A DNA stretch of 64,000 bases from Phoronis australis (GCA_002633005.1 NMRA01000030.1:1169957-1233956), one strand, 5' to 3'. Counted from the first letter of the stretch, positions 50,601 through 63,500 are shown. Notes: generated from the letters alone by a model not told the origin. Translations and numbers: made by a program.

Positions 50601-53600
50601 GTGCCTTCATGTTGTTCGCCCCACTCAAACCACAAAATCTCCATGCCTATGAAGGGAGGAAAGGGAAGACGTGCATCGAGGGCACTAAACCATGAGAGTG
50701 CAAATGTTTGACGAAGTTAGTTTGTGCTTCCTCACCTTGTAATGTTTATTTTCCCAACAAAACTGGCTCTGAGTTCAACCAACTACACAGCGAGAGCATG
50801 AGCAAACAGAACATCGACAGGCGTGTCAACGATTCCCTCTATTGCCGTCTGATAACTGCGGAACAGCTCCTGGCGTAAATTTGCGTTCGCGGGAAAGGTG
50901 TTCGACTTTGTTAGTTGAGCGCGCAGAAATGTCCTGTTGCTAATTTGTCAAAAATGAGGTTTCAAGTTTCTCTGTTATTAACTACCAGAGTTGTCACCCC
51001 TTAATACCATGAAACCTGATGGCCATTCACCATCATCCTGTGGGGCTTTGACGGTAACACTGTGTTAGAATTACTATTACAACCTTCATTGAAACGGTTT
51101 AAAAAGTTCATGGTAAAATGATATTGCTTACATGACAGCATTATCGTGCAAACTTGCCTTCATGCATCAGCGAAAAAAGTTTCTATAAACGACGGTACAT
51201 ACTTCTTGAGAAAGCAACGAATTTTAATCTTATTTATTCACAAACCACCAAGGACCGTCCAATTTCAGAATGTTCAAACAAAATATGCAAATCTGTAACG
51301 AAGTAACCTACGAAATTTTTAAATTTCCCTTGCTGTTTGTGGGTTACTTCGTTACTTAAAATTAAACACAACGTTTCCATTGATTCTGACCCTGGTGTGA
51401 TGACAGATCACGTGATGCGTAGCCTAGGCTGTCGCGCGGAAACACAAACAATATAAACAATATTTGATCACGTGATATTTGGTGTATTATAAACACGTAT
51501 GGCCGAAAGAAGCGGGGGAGGGGAGGGTCACCTGCCTCCTTCAATAATTTGCAGGAGTCAGAGTTACTGTATATCGTGTGCATAGACGCAGGCGCATCGC
51601 CGCGGGGTCGAGAAAACAAAGACAGTGAAGCAGTGGGGACGTGTGAATTAAAGAACAAGGGATATTTTTTGTTGGTTACATACGACAAAATGTCGATACG
51701 TAGTCCTATAGTACGACAGAAATAGTATTTTTGAACATCGTTACACGGAGTTGTTCGAAGCAAAATCGCAGCTTCGGAAATAACTTGTTTTGAGTACGTT
51801 CCAGAGTAATAGATTCGTGATGCCTTGTTTTGTTGCAGCTGAATGACATTTACTCTACTTGCATAGGCTTTACAATCATAATTATTTTCTGACACGTTTA
51901 CAATAACTGTGGTTTTGTGTGACAAAGACAAATGCAGTATCAGCGTACCTCACTCCATCGTGGCTGACCAAGATAAATATTAGCAATCATATCATCCAGT
52001 AGTCCTAGATTGTCCCCCCCTGCAAGCTCAATCGACATTTGTAGACCAACAGCTTTCATGTCCGAGACACGTTTGGCTCCAGTCATGTAAACACGTGCGT
52101 CAAAAGCCGAATTCGTCGCATGAAGCGCCTCCAACTGAACAAGTTTAAGCTGTTTTATCAACGAAAAAATCCACTCCAGGGTTTTTCTTATTGACGTGGA
52201 CCAGATGAAGCTCACCTTGAGAAATAATAATTACGTTCTTATTGATACTCTATAATCTTGTACAGTTTCAAAAATAAGACCCCTTTGTGTGAGATGTTTC
52301 ATTTCTTGGTTTGTGCCCAGTATAAATGCAGGTTTTAGACACGACAATGCCGTTTCAATAGTTCAAAGTGTTTCTGCCAGCTGAACGGTTTTCCAAATGA
52401 TACGGTTGCGCTTATTGGTTGTCTACGGTATCTACTCCTACGTGTTTCCAGGAAAAGGAGATATGATCAGTGGCGGATCTAGGATATCACAAGGGGGGGC
52501 CCAACATTTTTGTCCGGCTGTAAACATTTGCGCAAACTGAACCACGATTGTAGATGCGCATAGCACCGAATGGGGGGAGGTCGGGAGGGGGGTTTGCCCC
52601 CCTACCGCCCAGGAAATTTTTCTGTTTTTACATCTAAAAATCAAGTATTTTCCTTGATTCCTGAAGTATTATCCAAGAAAAAAAGGCAAAAAAAATACGG
52701 AGAACGTGTCAAACAGGAAAAACTGCGTGTACCAACGAATCGAACTCACAACCTTGCACATAGAGCGCGCGTGCGTTACCACTACACCACCACGATTTCA
52801 CTACTGATTTCATACTAAGAGACCTACTTGTTTATGATCCACAGCGTTTGCGCGCGAAACCTACTTCTTTTTGTAATGCTTATTATACGTTTTGTGCCAT
52901 NNNNNNNNNNNNNNNNNNNNNNNNNNNNNNNNNNNNNNNNNNNNNNNNNNNNNNNNNNNNNNNNCTAAAACTGCACACATTATCTTTTTTCATCCGTATA
53001 ATTTTAATTACCGGGGTTAATTAATAAACTCCACATTTCCCTACGCTCTTACTGTTTTATTTTTTGCGGCAGCCAAGGGGGGGGGCGGGCCCCCTGGCCC
53101 CCCACCCTAAATCCGCCTATGTATGATCATGGGATTATGAAGGAAAGTGTGAAAACTAAAGTCTGTGCAACGATGGACAACCTATAACAAGTGTAATTGT
53201 AAACTAAATTTCACTTTTGTGCTCACTCGGTCGTTAGTGTTACTCTTTGTTTGGAATTACCTTCCTCAAAGATTCGGGCGAGTGTTTGCTTTGGTTGTTG
53301 TCGATACACTTCCTGACGAGATCTTGTATTAGTGACACGCTCGAGACGGCGTGTGCATCAACTGTGATAACAACTGCATGAATGACGCCGTTGAAGCAAA
53401 GGTCCGCCTTCTTAAAAGGACCTTCCAAGGTTATCTGAAAAAGGAATGATCTTAATAATTGAAAATGAACTTGTCAGTGAACGTCTGATCCAACCAAAAC
53501 GTAAACACAGTGTATAGAATGCGGGCAAATCCAGAGCGAGGTACGTGGGAGCCGACACCCATGCCTGCATTGCATTCCTTTAGGGAGAGTCTCGATCCCC

Positions 53601-55448
53601 ATCTTCGCTTGAGTCCAAAGCAAAACCTTGTGATCAGGGTTCTTGGCCTTTTCATGTGACCTTGCAAATAGAACCAAATTTACCTTTGCATAAATTTACA
53701 AGATTTCCTGAGATTCATTACATTTCTGATGAAATCCTGTACAAGGGTTCAAGTGAAGTTTTGATTTTGACCGCGTACTTCTATATTAATTAGGGTGCCA
53801 ACTTGTTCTTTACTAAGTTCAGAAGGGATTTCTGAGTTAGCAAAGAACTGGTGAGACAATGCTCGGTGCAGAATATGACATGCCACGATATGCCAAATTG
53901 TAAGCCCTAGTCTCCAGCAATAACAAACCGCAAGTTCTTTCGAAGTCCTGAAAAAGTCTCCAGATTAGCCAAGCAACACTGAAATCTCCTTACTTTTTTC
54001 ACATGTCTTTGGCCAGTCAAATGATGGAGTTTACCTCTATAATCGAAGTGACGGAAACCTCTTCAACCTTACCCGCTTCCGTGCAAAGACCAAATTGCCA
54101 CTACTACGCATTAGAGAGATGCTCTGTAATGACGATGCTGCCATTACGGCTAATAGCGAGGAAGCACTCCAACGTCTCATTGACTGCTTCGCTCATGTAT
54201 GCGAGGAGTTTGGCCTTACCACCAGGCTTAAGAAAACCAACGTCATGCGTCAGGATGCAGCAAGTGTACCCAAAATCACCATTGGCAGCTATACCCTCGA
54301 GATGCTAGACAAGTTGGTACTACTATCAACAGCAATCTTTCACTGGACCCTGAACTCAAGACCAAGATTGGCAAAGCCTAACAGAAAAGGCCTGGGAAAA
54401 TTGCATGCTGTTCACCAACACAAAAATGAAGGTCTACCAGGTTTACGTCCTCAGCGCTCTCTTAATCAGCAGCGAATCATGGTTCTTATACACCTGCCAT
54501 GTGCACAGACTCAATTATTTTCATATGCGCTTCCTGAGAAGGATATTTGGCATCACATTGAAGGACCATGTCTCCAAAAACAAATTTATAACCCAAGTAG
54601 GACTGCCTATTATGTACGCAAAGCTTAACCAGAGGCGCTTCCGTTGGCTTGGCCACGAAAGGCGCATGGACGATGGGAAAATACCAAATGATCTACTTTA
54701 TGGAGAGTTGGCACTGGAATCAGAGCTGCAGGAAGGCCCATGCTTCGTTATAAAGATGTTTGCAAGCGTGATCTGAAGGCGCATAACGTCACCGTCGTAG
54801 GTTGGGAAGCTGTGGCCTCCGAACGCACCAGGTGGAGGTCGACAGTGAAATCGTACATCAAAACCAGTGACCACAGGCGTTACACGGCGGCCTGTGCTGC
54901 AACTGATTAAGACCAAGCATACATCTCTGATAATTGCAACAGAACATGCCGCTACGAAATCGGGCTTTTTAGCCACATTCCAACTAATGACTGACAGAGG
55001 GACATATCCATTGTCTCTCGAGACAGATGGATGCCAACATACATGTGAGTGATGTATATCAAAGTTTGATATTTCAAGTGGAAGGAAGAAACGAGCTGGG
55101 ACGTCGTACGCAAGAAAGACTATCCCTTTGCTTACGGAAATTAATCTTGATTTGACGTGAAACACGCAAACAAGAGCAGCTTATATTTTTTCTGGGATAT
55201 TAGCGTTTTGAAGAAAGGGAAAACGTGTACAGTAGATTCTATAGGTGGACCGACCTTTTCCTCAAATCCAACTTTGTGTCTGTTGATATAGTACTCCGGC
55301 TTCAGACTATAGCTGCGATTGGCACTCCTTTGACGGTTATCGAATAGAACTTTCTCGTCTAACGGGGTCTCTGGGTCTTTTTTGCAGAAATGCGCCCAGA
55401 CCTTAGCTTCCCAGTGTCCGAACGGTCTCACGTGTAACCACAGTGTTT
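47545..55448 (-). CDS. Divergent NOX5-like NADPH oxidase dehydrogenase region, 4 exons (55448-55255, 53434-53261, 52215-51949, 47673-47545); NADPH motifs degenerate
   Basis: Spliced translation ETLWLHVRPFGHWEAKVW..K|ITLEGPF..HAVVI..SLIQDL..LRK|VSFIW..LEWIFSLIKQL..VYMTGA..DMKAVGLQM..GQPRWSE|V..VKIFYFGP..CE..F..* is colinear with the NOX5 C-terminus (DTIWLHIRSQGQW, IDGPY, HAVLI, KVDFIW, MYMT, DMKAIGLQM, GRPDW, VFFCG). GT-AG introns, phases consistent. Confidence 0.85.
48381..50213 (-). mobile_element. Kolobok-like element with TTAA TSD and a degenerate THAP, in the last NOX5-like intron
   Basis: ttaa|aggagcaagccacc ... ggtggccttctcct|ttaa; SFFRLPRESEMLSKWVAVVK..LRVCGR at 50045-49870. Confidence 0.82.
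51949..52215 (-). CDS. NOX5-like exon (VSFIW...DMKAVGLQM...GQPRWSE)
   Basis: tctcaag acceptor, gag|gtacgc donor, 267 nt. Confidence 0.87.
52468..53121. mobile_element. CAGTGGCGGATC-type hAT MITE with 6-bp TSD (tatgat), spanning an assembly gap
   Basis: cagtggcggatctagg / cctaaatccgcctatg. Confidence 0.7.
52901..52964. other. Assembly gap (N run)
   Basis: 64 Ns. Confidence 0.99.
53261..53434 (-). CDS. NOX5-like exon (ITLEGPF...HAVVITVDAHAVSSVSLIQDL...LRK)
   Basis: ctttttcag acceptor, aag|gtaatt donor, 174 nt, phase 0-0. Confidence 0.82.
53985..55045 (+). mobile_element. 5'-truncated RTE-clade (BovB-like) LINE, frameshifted, antisense in a NOX5-like intron
   Basis: RSDGNLFNLTRFRAKTK..IREMLCNDDAA..FGLT..LKKTNVM; RRFRWLGH..RMDDGKIPNDLLYGEL; RTE-type 3' end ccattgtctctcgagacagatggatgcca. 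Confidence 0.9.
55255..55448 (-). CDS. NOX5-like exon (ETLWLHVRPFGHW...VGFEEK)
   Basis: attgcag acceptor, aag|gtcggt donor; frame also stays open upstream to ATG at 55512. Confidence 0.8.
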
Positions 55449-58400
55449 CTGCAATAGTACGTAGATATACGCGAATTAGAGTCAGCAATTTGTGTTTTCG
55501 ATGGAAGCGCATAATTACGTTTTAACGCACATGCGAGTCACAATGGGGAATTTTCCTCGCAGTGTCGCTGCTGTACTAGTGGTGATTGAATTGCGCATGC
55601 GTGGCTGTCTGCATTAAACAACTGGTAAAAGATGGAATTGTTATCAAAACACGTCGTCGCGCTAAGCCTTATTACTGCTAATTTCCCTGGTGCAAGTCTT
55701 CGACAGGTGGCCACAAATTCCCAAAAGACCTAAGATTACTATATTCGTGGACAATTGCCGTCAAAAGGATCAACTAACTGACAAAAAGTGTGTGGATGCT
55801 GAAGCCCCGTGTGTGCTCTATGACTATGCAGTTCCATTCGGAAACTACACATCATTACTTGGTAAGTATTTAGCAATCAGTTTCTATCAACACTGTTCGG
55901 TGATGTTATCCCCACCAGTTACCTCACTGAATAACGGGTTTATTAAGTGGAACTAAGTGTTTCTTTTAGGAAACTCACCCGGTACTCGGATGCCGGGTAG
56001 GCTAGCAGCACATATTCATATTGTCCTGGGTGGGAGTGCTCCCAAAATGAGGTGTATGCTACGTGATGCACAGAAGTCAAGGGTGACTTTTTCACAGCAG
56101 TTTCTCTTCAAAACTATGCTGTTTCCGATAAAATTCTCGAGATGAGTGAGTTTCCTTATTTTATCAAGGACCCCACCCCCAGGACTACCAGATCAGTTAT
56201 CGAATTAATATGAATAAGCCTTAATTCAGTAAGTGTCGTAACATTGCATTGGAAAAAATTGACACCTAGAATGAATTTTACTTGTTGAGATCAGAAGCAC
56301 ACTTTAAGCGTCATGAAAAATTCACATTGTCAAATCACTTTTAGCCTGTTTCACGTATTTTAATTCAGATATTAAATAAGACTTGGATACAAAGGTTATT
56401 AGTTTCTACATATAAACATGAAGATGAAACGTCAAGTATGTTCTCCTTTACAAATGTAGTTTTATCTTGTCTTTTCTTTTACAATTTGCTAATATTTCTG
56501 TTACAGGTGAGATTAAACAACTGAAACCAACCACATGACCGTCTATTTAACCTTTGGACAAAATGAACAGCAATCCTTCAGCAATAACATGAGAGAATTG
56601 AACGTAATTCAGAAATTCAGCACTTGATATGCCAGATTATGGACTCCGTCGCAATGTTGTTTCTTTCTGTGCTTTTTCAGTTTGCCATTTGTTTTTAAAT
56701 ACACCGATAATTGTTTATTATCGAATCTTTTGCCTATCAGATTCTTATCTAGCTACAATTGACAACATACTTTTCTTACATGCAGAACTTTTGTTCATAG
56801 ACAAGTTAACACAAACCTTAAAATTGTTCAACGGTCTTCTTAAGAAAGCTCTAAAATTAATTACACACACAAACAAATCAAATACAAACAAAGGGAATAC
56901 TTCATTTTGATCGCTGCACATTTCTATAGGTCAATGGGAAAATGACAATTTGCAAGCGCATTTGTTAATCACTTCAGCTTTATCAAGAATAAGCACAAGT
57001 GCACTGCATGGGATTTTAAAACTGAAGAAATATTGTGTGACAAACTTGCCTGTTGATTAAAAAATTATTCGATCATCAAAGTGCAACATTAATGGGCTTT
57101 CTACTGACAATAAGACAATCGATGCAGTCACTGAATTTCATTTCCCCATAACGTGTACCAAATTGAAAAGTTTTTACCATTAGTATAAAGCCTTTCTTCT
57201 GAAAGGAAAAGTTAATGTCACTCAGCTTTTGGCTTTCATTTCACTGGGATCTAGTTTCAATGGCCTATAGAAGCGCTTGTAAAAAAGGTTTAGTTTCGAT
57301 ACGTGGCTTTCTTTCATGTAACCTCATTCAGCCTCAATAACATCCACAATTAGACCCTTGAAGGTAAACACAGCAGTATATCACTTCAATCGTTTTGAGC
57401 CCAAAATCAGACCCTGAATTAGACCAGAGTGTCACCAGGTCTTCTTTGGTTTCAGTCCCTCATGTTTCTTCCAGGAAAGGAAATAAGCTATTGTCCACAC
57501 ATGACTCATTGCCTATGAAAGGGCATCCTCGCCAACAAGGCTTACTTGTATAGCAGTCAGATATAGTTCCTCTGAATACACAGACAGTCCACTGGCATAT
57601 TGTATTATGGTAAGTTAGTACTGCGATTGACATTTCTCAAGGGCCATGCAGCACTGCTGGTGAGTGAAAGTGCTGTGGGAAGAGAACGGAGTAACAAAGC
57701 TTGTCTATGATACAGCTTGAAGTGGCCTTAAAATGTCACTGAACCTGGAACAAATATTGAAATATGAATAATTAAGTGCTCCAGATTGGATCAAAAATGC
57801 TATCCCTGTTTTTCAAAAATATATGGTGATTGCTTAACAGTTTCACATAAAATTAAACAATTACTATTTTCAGAAACCAAGGGTGTATATAATAAGTAAT
57901 GCATAAAATTGTGTTTTTATTTATCATTTTTAGCTACAACAATTTTTTAAACGCATCAATCGTCTGCAAAAGTTGTTTGAGACAACTTCAAACCTTTGTT
58001 ACCCATTTTCAAGCGTTTTTAATTTTGATACTTTCAACAATTTTAAACTCCGATTACAGATTCATGGGTGTGTCAAGCATGCTCCTAGTTTAAGGCTGAG
58101 GGAACCGTTTCTCAGACTTTTAATTTTTCTTCTAATAGAATTTATGAAGACTTGGGTCATTTAAAAATGATGGATAATCTTTCTGTTGTTTAAGACTAAT
58201 TACAAATCGCAAGGCATCATCAAAAATGCAATTTTCACAAAAATGGTAGTCATTTTAATTTATAACGACTTGCAACAATTCAAGGTATGAGTTAAGACTA
58301 TTCAGTCACGGTGAATTCAGAAAATGTAATATATTTTCACAGGTTTACACTTGATAGAAAAACAGTACTCATGAAATAAACTTGAAGGAACTTCATGAAG

Positions 58401-59114
58401 GTTAAGAATTACCTCATCCTGCTCTTTCCCCCAAACATGTATTACCTGTTATTTCCCCACACATTCGGTTGCACCAAATATTACAACCTCAACCCCCATG
58501 CCCCATGTAAATTAACAAAATGACTTACATACCTTTGTTTAAAAATAGCTGCTCCTTTTCAAAGGCTTTGTTCGTTGTCTCCAATATTGAAAGTAGGCTT
58601 TGGCAACAGATCTGCACTGGATGGGAAGATCTTGTTGGTTAGCTGCAGTAAAATGCTTAAAAACCAATTTTTGTCCATTCAGGGACGGTGCAGAAGCGAT
58701 GCATATCTCCTCTGCACGGTACAAGCCCTAAAACCTAAGAACAAAGGTTGCGTGAAACAGACGTGATAGATTTCCATTTCAACGTGTAATAGATTTCCAG
58801 AAGACATATGATAGGGAGTAAACAAATAGTCTAATGCAATGGATATTTGTCATGTACGCTTTGCCATTGGGCTTGGTTTGCAATCTTAACTCATTAACCT
58901 GTATCGAGTTGACAGCATAAACATTCAGCATTGATTGATGTAACTGTCACTGATAAACTGTAACGAATCATTCCAAACAACAATAATGCTTTGATGTACG
59001 AAAAGATAACGATTGCTACGTCAAGTATCGCAACACATATTACAACAAACAAAGAATAGCCCGACTGGCGACTGCCGCGAAGTCGACATCGGCGAGTACC
59101 TCAGTTAAAAAGCA

Positions 59115-59350
59115 TCAGTAGAATAATCATGGAATAATCGTTAAAATAATCACAAACCTTACCTTTGTATAAGGTCGTGCTTACTTCCTCTCATAGAAGC
59201 ACCCTTTTCACGCAATCTCAGATTCAGTTGGCACGGCTGCAAACCATTTCACCATGTATTTAAAGGGCTCGCGAAATCGAGGCTATTAATCTATCACCAC
59301 TAGTACGCGCGCACCCTCTAGTTATTGCAGATTTTCCGAATAGCCTCATT
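59115..59350 (+). repeat. Interspersed repeat end shared with 14232-14467
   Basis: High-identity match. Confidence 0.85.
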
Positions 59351-62305
59351 GCCTCGGCGTGAAAACAACACCCAAAATCGGTCGCGGAGCTGGAGTGCAT
59401 TGCATAGTGCGTCTCCAAAAAGTATGCGTGCTCACATCACAAAAGATACAGATGCAGGAACATGAGAGCGGCATATGTGCGTACGTATCTTGTTCACCAG
59501 TATCAATGTACATGTAGGTTTAGATGATCAACCGAAGCCACTGTACATTTAGTCCTTCAAGGGACATATCAAACATACCAAATTCGCTGAGGAATTATTG
59601 ATTAACCTGGACCGGTAGCGCAGAAGGGGGGCTTCTTAGACCCCAGATCGAGACGTTCCCGTTTTTTTAGTCCACCAGTAGCAGAAGGTTCGCCTAACCT
59701 GCCCCTGCAACTTTCGGGCCTGTGCTGAAAACACAATCGCGCTTTCCCAATTCCCCGAGACAACATGTTGGGATGTCGCCCTCCCTTATGGCATCCTAGA
59801 TCCGCCACCGATGTTTAATAAAGTGCTAATACACCATGGTCTTCCAAGATTTTAAAACCATACGGTTCAATCTTTTCAAGGGACTTCCCATAATAGGCAA
59901 CGGGTGCAGATTCAAAATAATTTTAAAAAGAGTCCTAGGTTCAACCTCAACGATATTGTGAGAAACGCATTGACAGCTGTGGATGCAGAGTAGGCCTACG
60001 TTTTGGAAACGAGGAGGTTGAGATTTAAAACCGTTTTTAAACTTGCGCCAACTTCAAAAAAATTACTACATCTGAACTATCGGCAATCTCGGTATTGTTC
60101 GTGATATAACTATATCCTTCTGTATTTTGCCACGAAGAACTGAATTCAGACTGTAATCTTTTGCGATTTACATCTATAAGTGAGGATACACCATGTTTTA
60201 CCATTTTTGTCTTTTGTTGAAAACATTCCTTTTCAAGGAAGTGGGGCTCGTTCAACAATGATATGTAATTAATAATTGCGTTAAGTTGAACTTTGGAGAA
60301 AGACATTTTTCGAGAACTGGCGACTAATCGGATATGATTACAGTCACCAGGTCATTAGAATAGCAGATAACGAGCATGTACGAAACACGTAACAATTTGA
60401 TGTACGGAATGGGCCCCTATTTCCTAGAAGAACACTGGAATTTGAAGTTCGTTTCTTTGAAAGTGGTAGGTATGGAACAAAAACGGCCAACGTCAAAGTC
60501 AGCGACAGTGTTAAGTATGCATTTTATGTGATGTAGCAAAAGAGTAAATATACCAAATTCCCTTATCTGTCCACAGCTACGCGTGTGGTTGGCGGCAACC
60601 TGCAACAAAAAATGGCTTTTCGTTGGTTGCACAATGTCCAATCTCTGTCTTTATATATATGTTTCGGACTAAAAAACACTGATAAAATAACAAACATATT
60701 TGATTTTATCGTAACAGTGATATTTCTTTCATCTTTTTAAAAGATGTTTAAAACATGGGACTACGCTGCCACGTTTTTAAACTATTCGCTCGACCTTGTT
60801 AAATAGGCCATAGTGCCAGCTCTCCTATCTTTCACCTCCGGGGCCACTTTCTGGGGGCAACGGGAACTTTGCATTAAACCAATCTACAGCTGTTCAAAAG
60901 TCCATTTCAAATAAGTTCCCAAGAATACACTTGCAAGTTTAGTAGGAATTTTAATTTAAAAGCTGGAAAAATATAACCTCAACTAATATTTTAGTCACCA
61001 GGTGTCAGTGCAAAATGATCCAAACAGCCAATCAAATGCCCGGAAAATATTGTGTCCATACCTTTCCCCTTCAAAAGTCGTCTGCTTGGCATGAAAACAT
61101 TCACCAGAGGACAGTCAGCTGATGTTATCCTGCTGGCTTAGCTAGCTTGTTTACTGCTACTGACTACATTGGATAGCATTAATTCTTGGATGGGTGTGCA
61201 AGTAATAGGCAAATACCAAGGGTCAAGGCTCAAAAACCAGCATGCAGCAGTTAGGAATTGAGGAAAGCCAAATCAAGTGGCCACGAGTGTCATTGTACTG
61301 AAACAATTCTTGGCACATTCCTGAATCATTTCGTGTTTCGCAAAGAACAGTTTTGGGTCTGCTAAGGCTCTGCTGAAACCATGAATTATTGAACTAGTCT
61401 GCGACTTCACAATTAGACTGGCAAGATGTCTGCCCCTTGTTGCATTCATGTGTCAGCTTCTGCTCAAATTTCTTAGCTGGAATTTTCAGTTATTACCTGG
61501 CCTAAGGCTACTGCAAACAAACGTATCAACATTGAGTGCAAGAGAAGTATCATTGCTGATAAGTTTTTAAGTTTTCGTAGCTCTGAAGTACTCCGTCAAT
61601 CTTAATAAATATCCACATTCTCAAAAACTCGAGCCCCCCATTTTTAGTCTTGGTGCACGCATGCTTCTATCACAAGCAGTGTTACAGACACTTAACAGAG
61701 GTAACAAAAATTGAAAGATCTCTTAAAAAAGAAAAAAAAAACAAGTTGATGGTGGAAATAATGTTGAGCCCTCTACAAAATTAAGGAGATTGTCACTGTC
61801 AATTACATGTACATATACATTATATGTCTTGCCACCACAATAAACCATTTGCCACAAATCAAATTTCATCACAGGGGAACTTCACAAACGAAAGGAAAGT
61901 TGAAAACCTATCCCAGTTGCAAACATTCAATTGTTAATACGCCTACCTATTCTTAATTTGAAAAGGTGTCATATATGGTAAATAATCTTTATTTTATGTC
62001 ACAAAACAAAAAAATATTTTGCTTGATGAATTTGTAGTAATATTGGTCTCTGTCTCAAATGTAGTGGCAGTAGTTTTTACCTACCTGTGATTGATCCTCA
62101 CAGTGTGACTGCTTTTTATGAACTTCTACGCTTATTTTAAGATCCTTTTATGTAGAATCATGAGCAGTGATTGGAAATATAAAAATGGAAATATTGCCTG
62201 TGTTCTGTAATTTATGTATCTTGAAAATTCAAATGTTGCGCAGATTTCAGTATCTCACATTTTGAAGATTCTTGAATTGGAGTTTTTAGCAAAGCAAAAT
62301 ACTTA

Positions 62306-62796
62306 CTCTTCCAATTACGTGCTGTTTAAAACAGGAAGCGTCAAATGAAATTTTAGCTCTACGGTAAAGAAGACGCTTTCCAATTTCAAACAAAAACTAT
62401 TGCCAACATGACCATTCCTCTATTTTTCAAAGGCTGAACCACTGTATTAAGGATGATGAAAATGTTTCTATGTTTTAAAGTGTACACAACATGACTCTAG
62501 TACCTCAAAATAAATTTTATTATTATATCTTACTTGATTTCAGTGCCTTTAGTGCACAGCTCATAAAGAAACACGCAAAAATTGAAAAAAATAATAATTA
62601 TGTACAACGTCATGGGTTGAANCTCTTCCAATTACGTGCTGTTTAAAACAGGAAGCGTCAAATGAAATTTTAGCTCTACGGTAAAGAAGACGCTTTCCAA
62701 TTTCAAACAAAAACTATTGCCAACATGACCATTCCTCTATTTTTCAAAGGCTGAACCACTGTATTAAGGATGATGAAAATGTTTCTATGTTTTAAA
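62306..62796 (+). repeat. Exact 174-bp direct duplication (62306-62479 = 62623-62796) across a single N
   Basis: N at 62622 immediately precedes the second copy; probable contig or haplotype overlap. Confidence 0.9.
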
Positions 62797-63109
62797 TTGT
62801 TTGAAGGCAGCTGCACAGTGCAATCAATGCTAATAATGATGCTCATTTCTCGTAATGCTTATTTTTGTTACTGAGCACTGAGACAAAATGAAATTTCAGT
62901 TGTTGGACATACTGTGTGCTTAGGTGAAGAGCATTTTGGTTATCTATTTCAGTTAAATAGGATTACTGTAGCAAGGTGTTTAGATAAAACGGTGTTTAGG
63001 TTGTCAAAACTTTTTTAATTTAGGTAGGGTGCAGGCTTGCAGAGATATTTTTTTAACTTTGTCTTTGCCATTAAAGTTGGGCTAAAAATTTGTTTTTCCT
63101 GGTTAACTC

Positions 63110-63500
63110 ATGGAAGACATTGAACGGTTTGTATGCAAGCTGTACAGGTGTCATCAACAGTTAATAAAGCACGCCACCACATATTCAGGTTGAAATCTGT
63201 GATCTGCCTCCCCATCATCATTGTTTGCTGCTACATGCTAAAAGAGCAAACTGCCAGTGTGCCATTCAAACAGGAACGTTGCAACAGCATGTCAGTGCAC
63301 CATCTCCAGTTGCTAATGGGTGGCTTTTGGAGCGGGGTAGTCTGATGTTCCACTGGATGACTCGGCCTTCAGCCCCAGAAAATGCCATGAGAAATGTTTT
63401 TAATGGCAAGTGTAAAAGAAGTGGTTATAGTAAAAAAGGTGCTCTTGTTTGAAGTCAGGCATACCATGCTCTAAGTTGCATGAATGTCCAGACTACGTGT
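63110..63500 (+). mobile_element. Degenerate DNA-transposon ORF remnant, probably the Academ C-terminal (XPG/Cys-rich) region
   Basis: EDIERFVCKLY..VNKAR..LLLHAKRANCQ..APSPVANGW..WMTRPSAP..CK..CSCLKSGIPCS with frameshifts. Confidence 0.6.

Noticed and set aside
51362-51931. 189-aa minus-strand ORF as the last NOX5-like exon (RIYYSG similar to VFFCG)
   Set aside because: 47673-47545 matches the NOX5 terminus in length and motif much better; this ORF is otherwise unrecognisable.
58530-60600. Minus-strand splice-site pairs considered as upstream NOX5-like exons
   Set aside because: The translations have stops or no similarity to NOX FAD-binding or transmembrane motifs.
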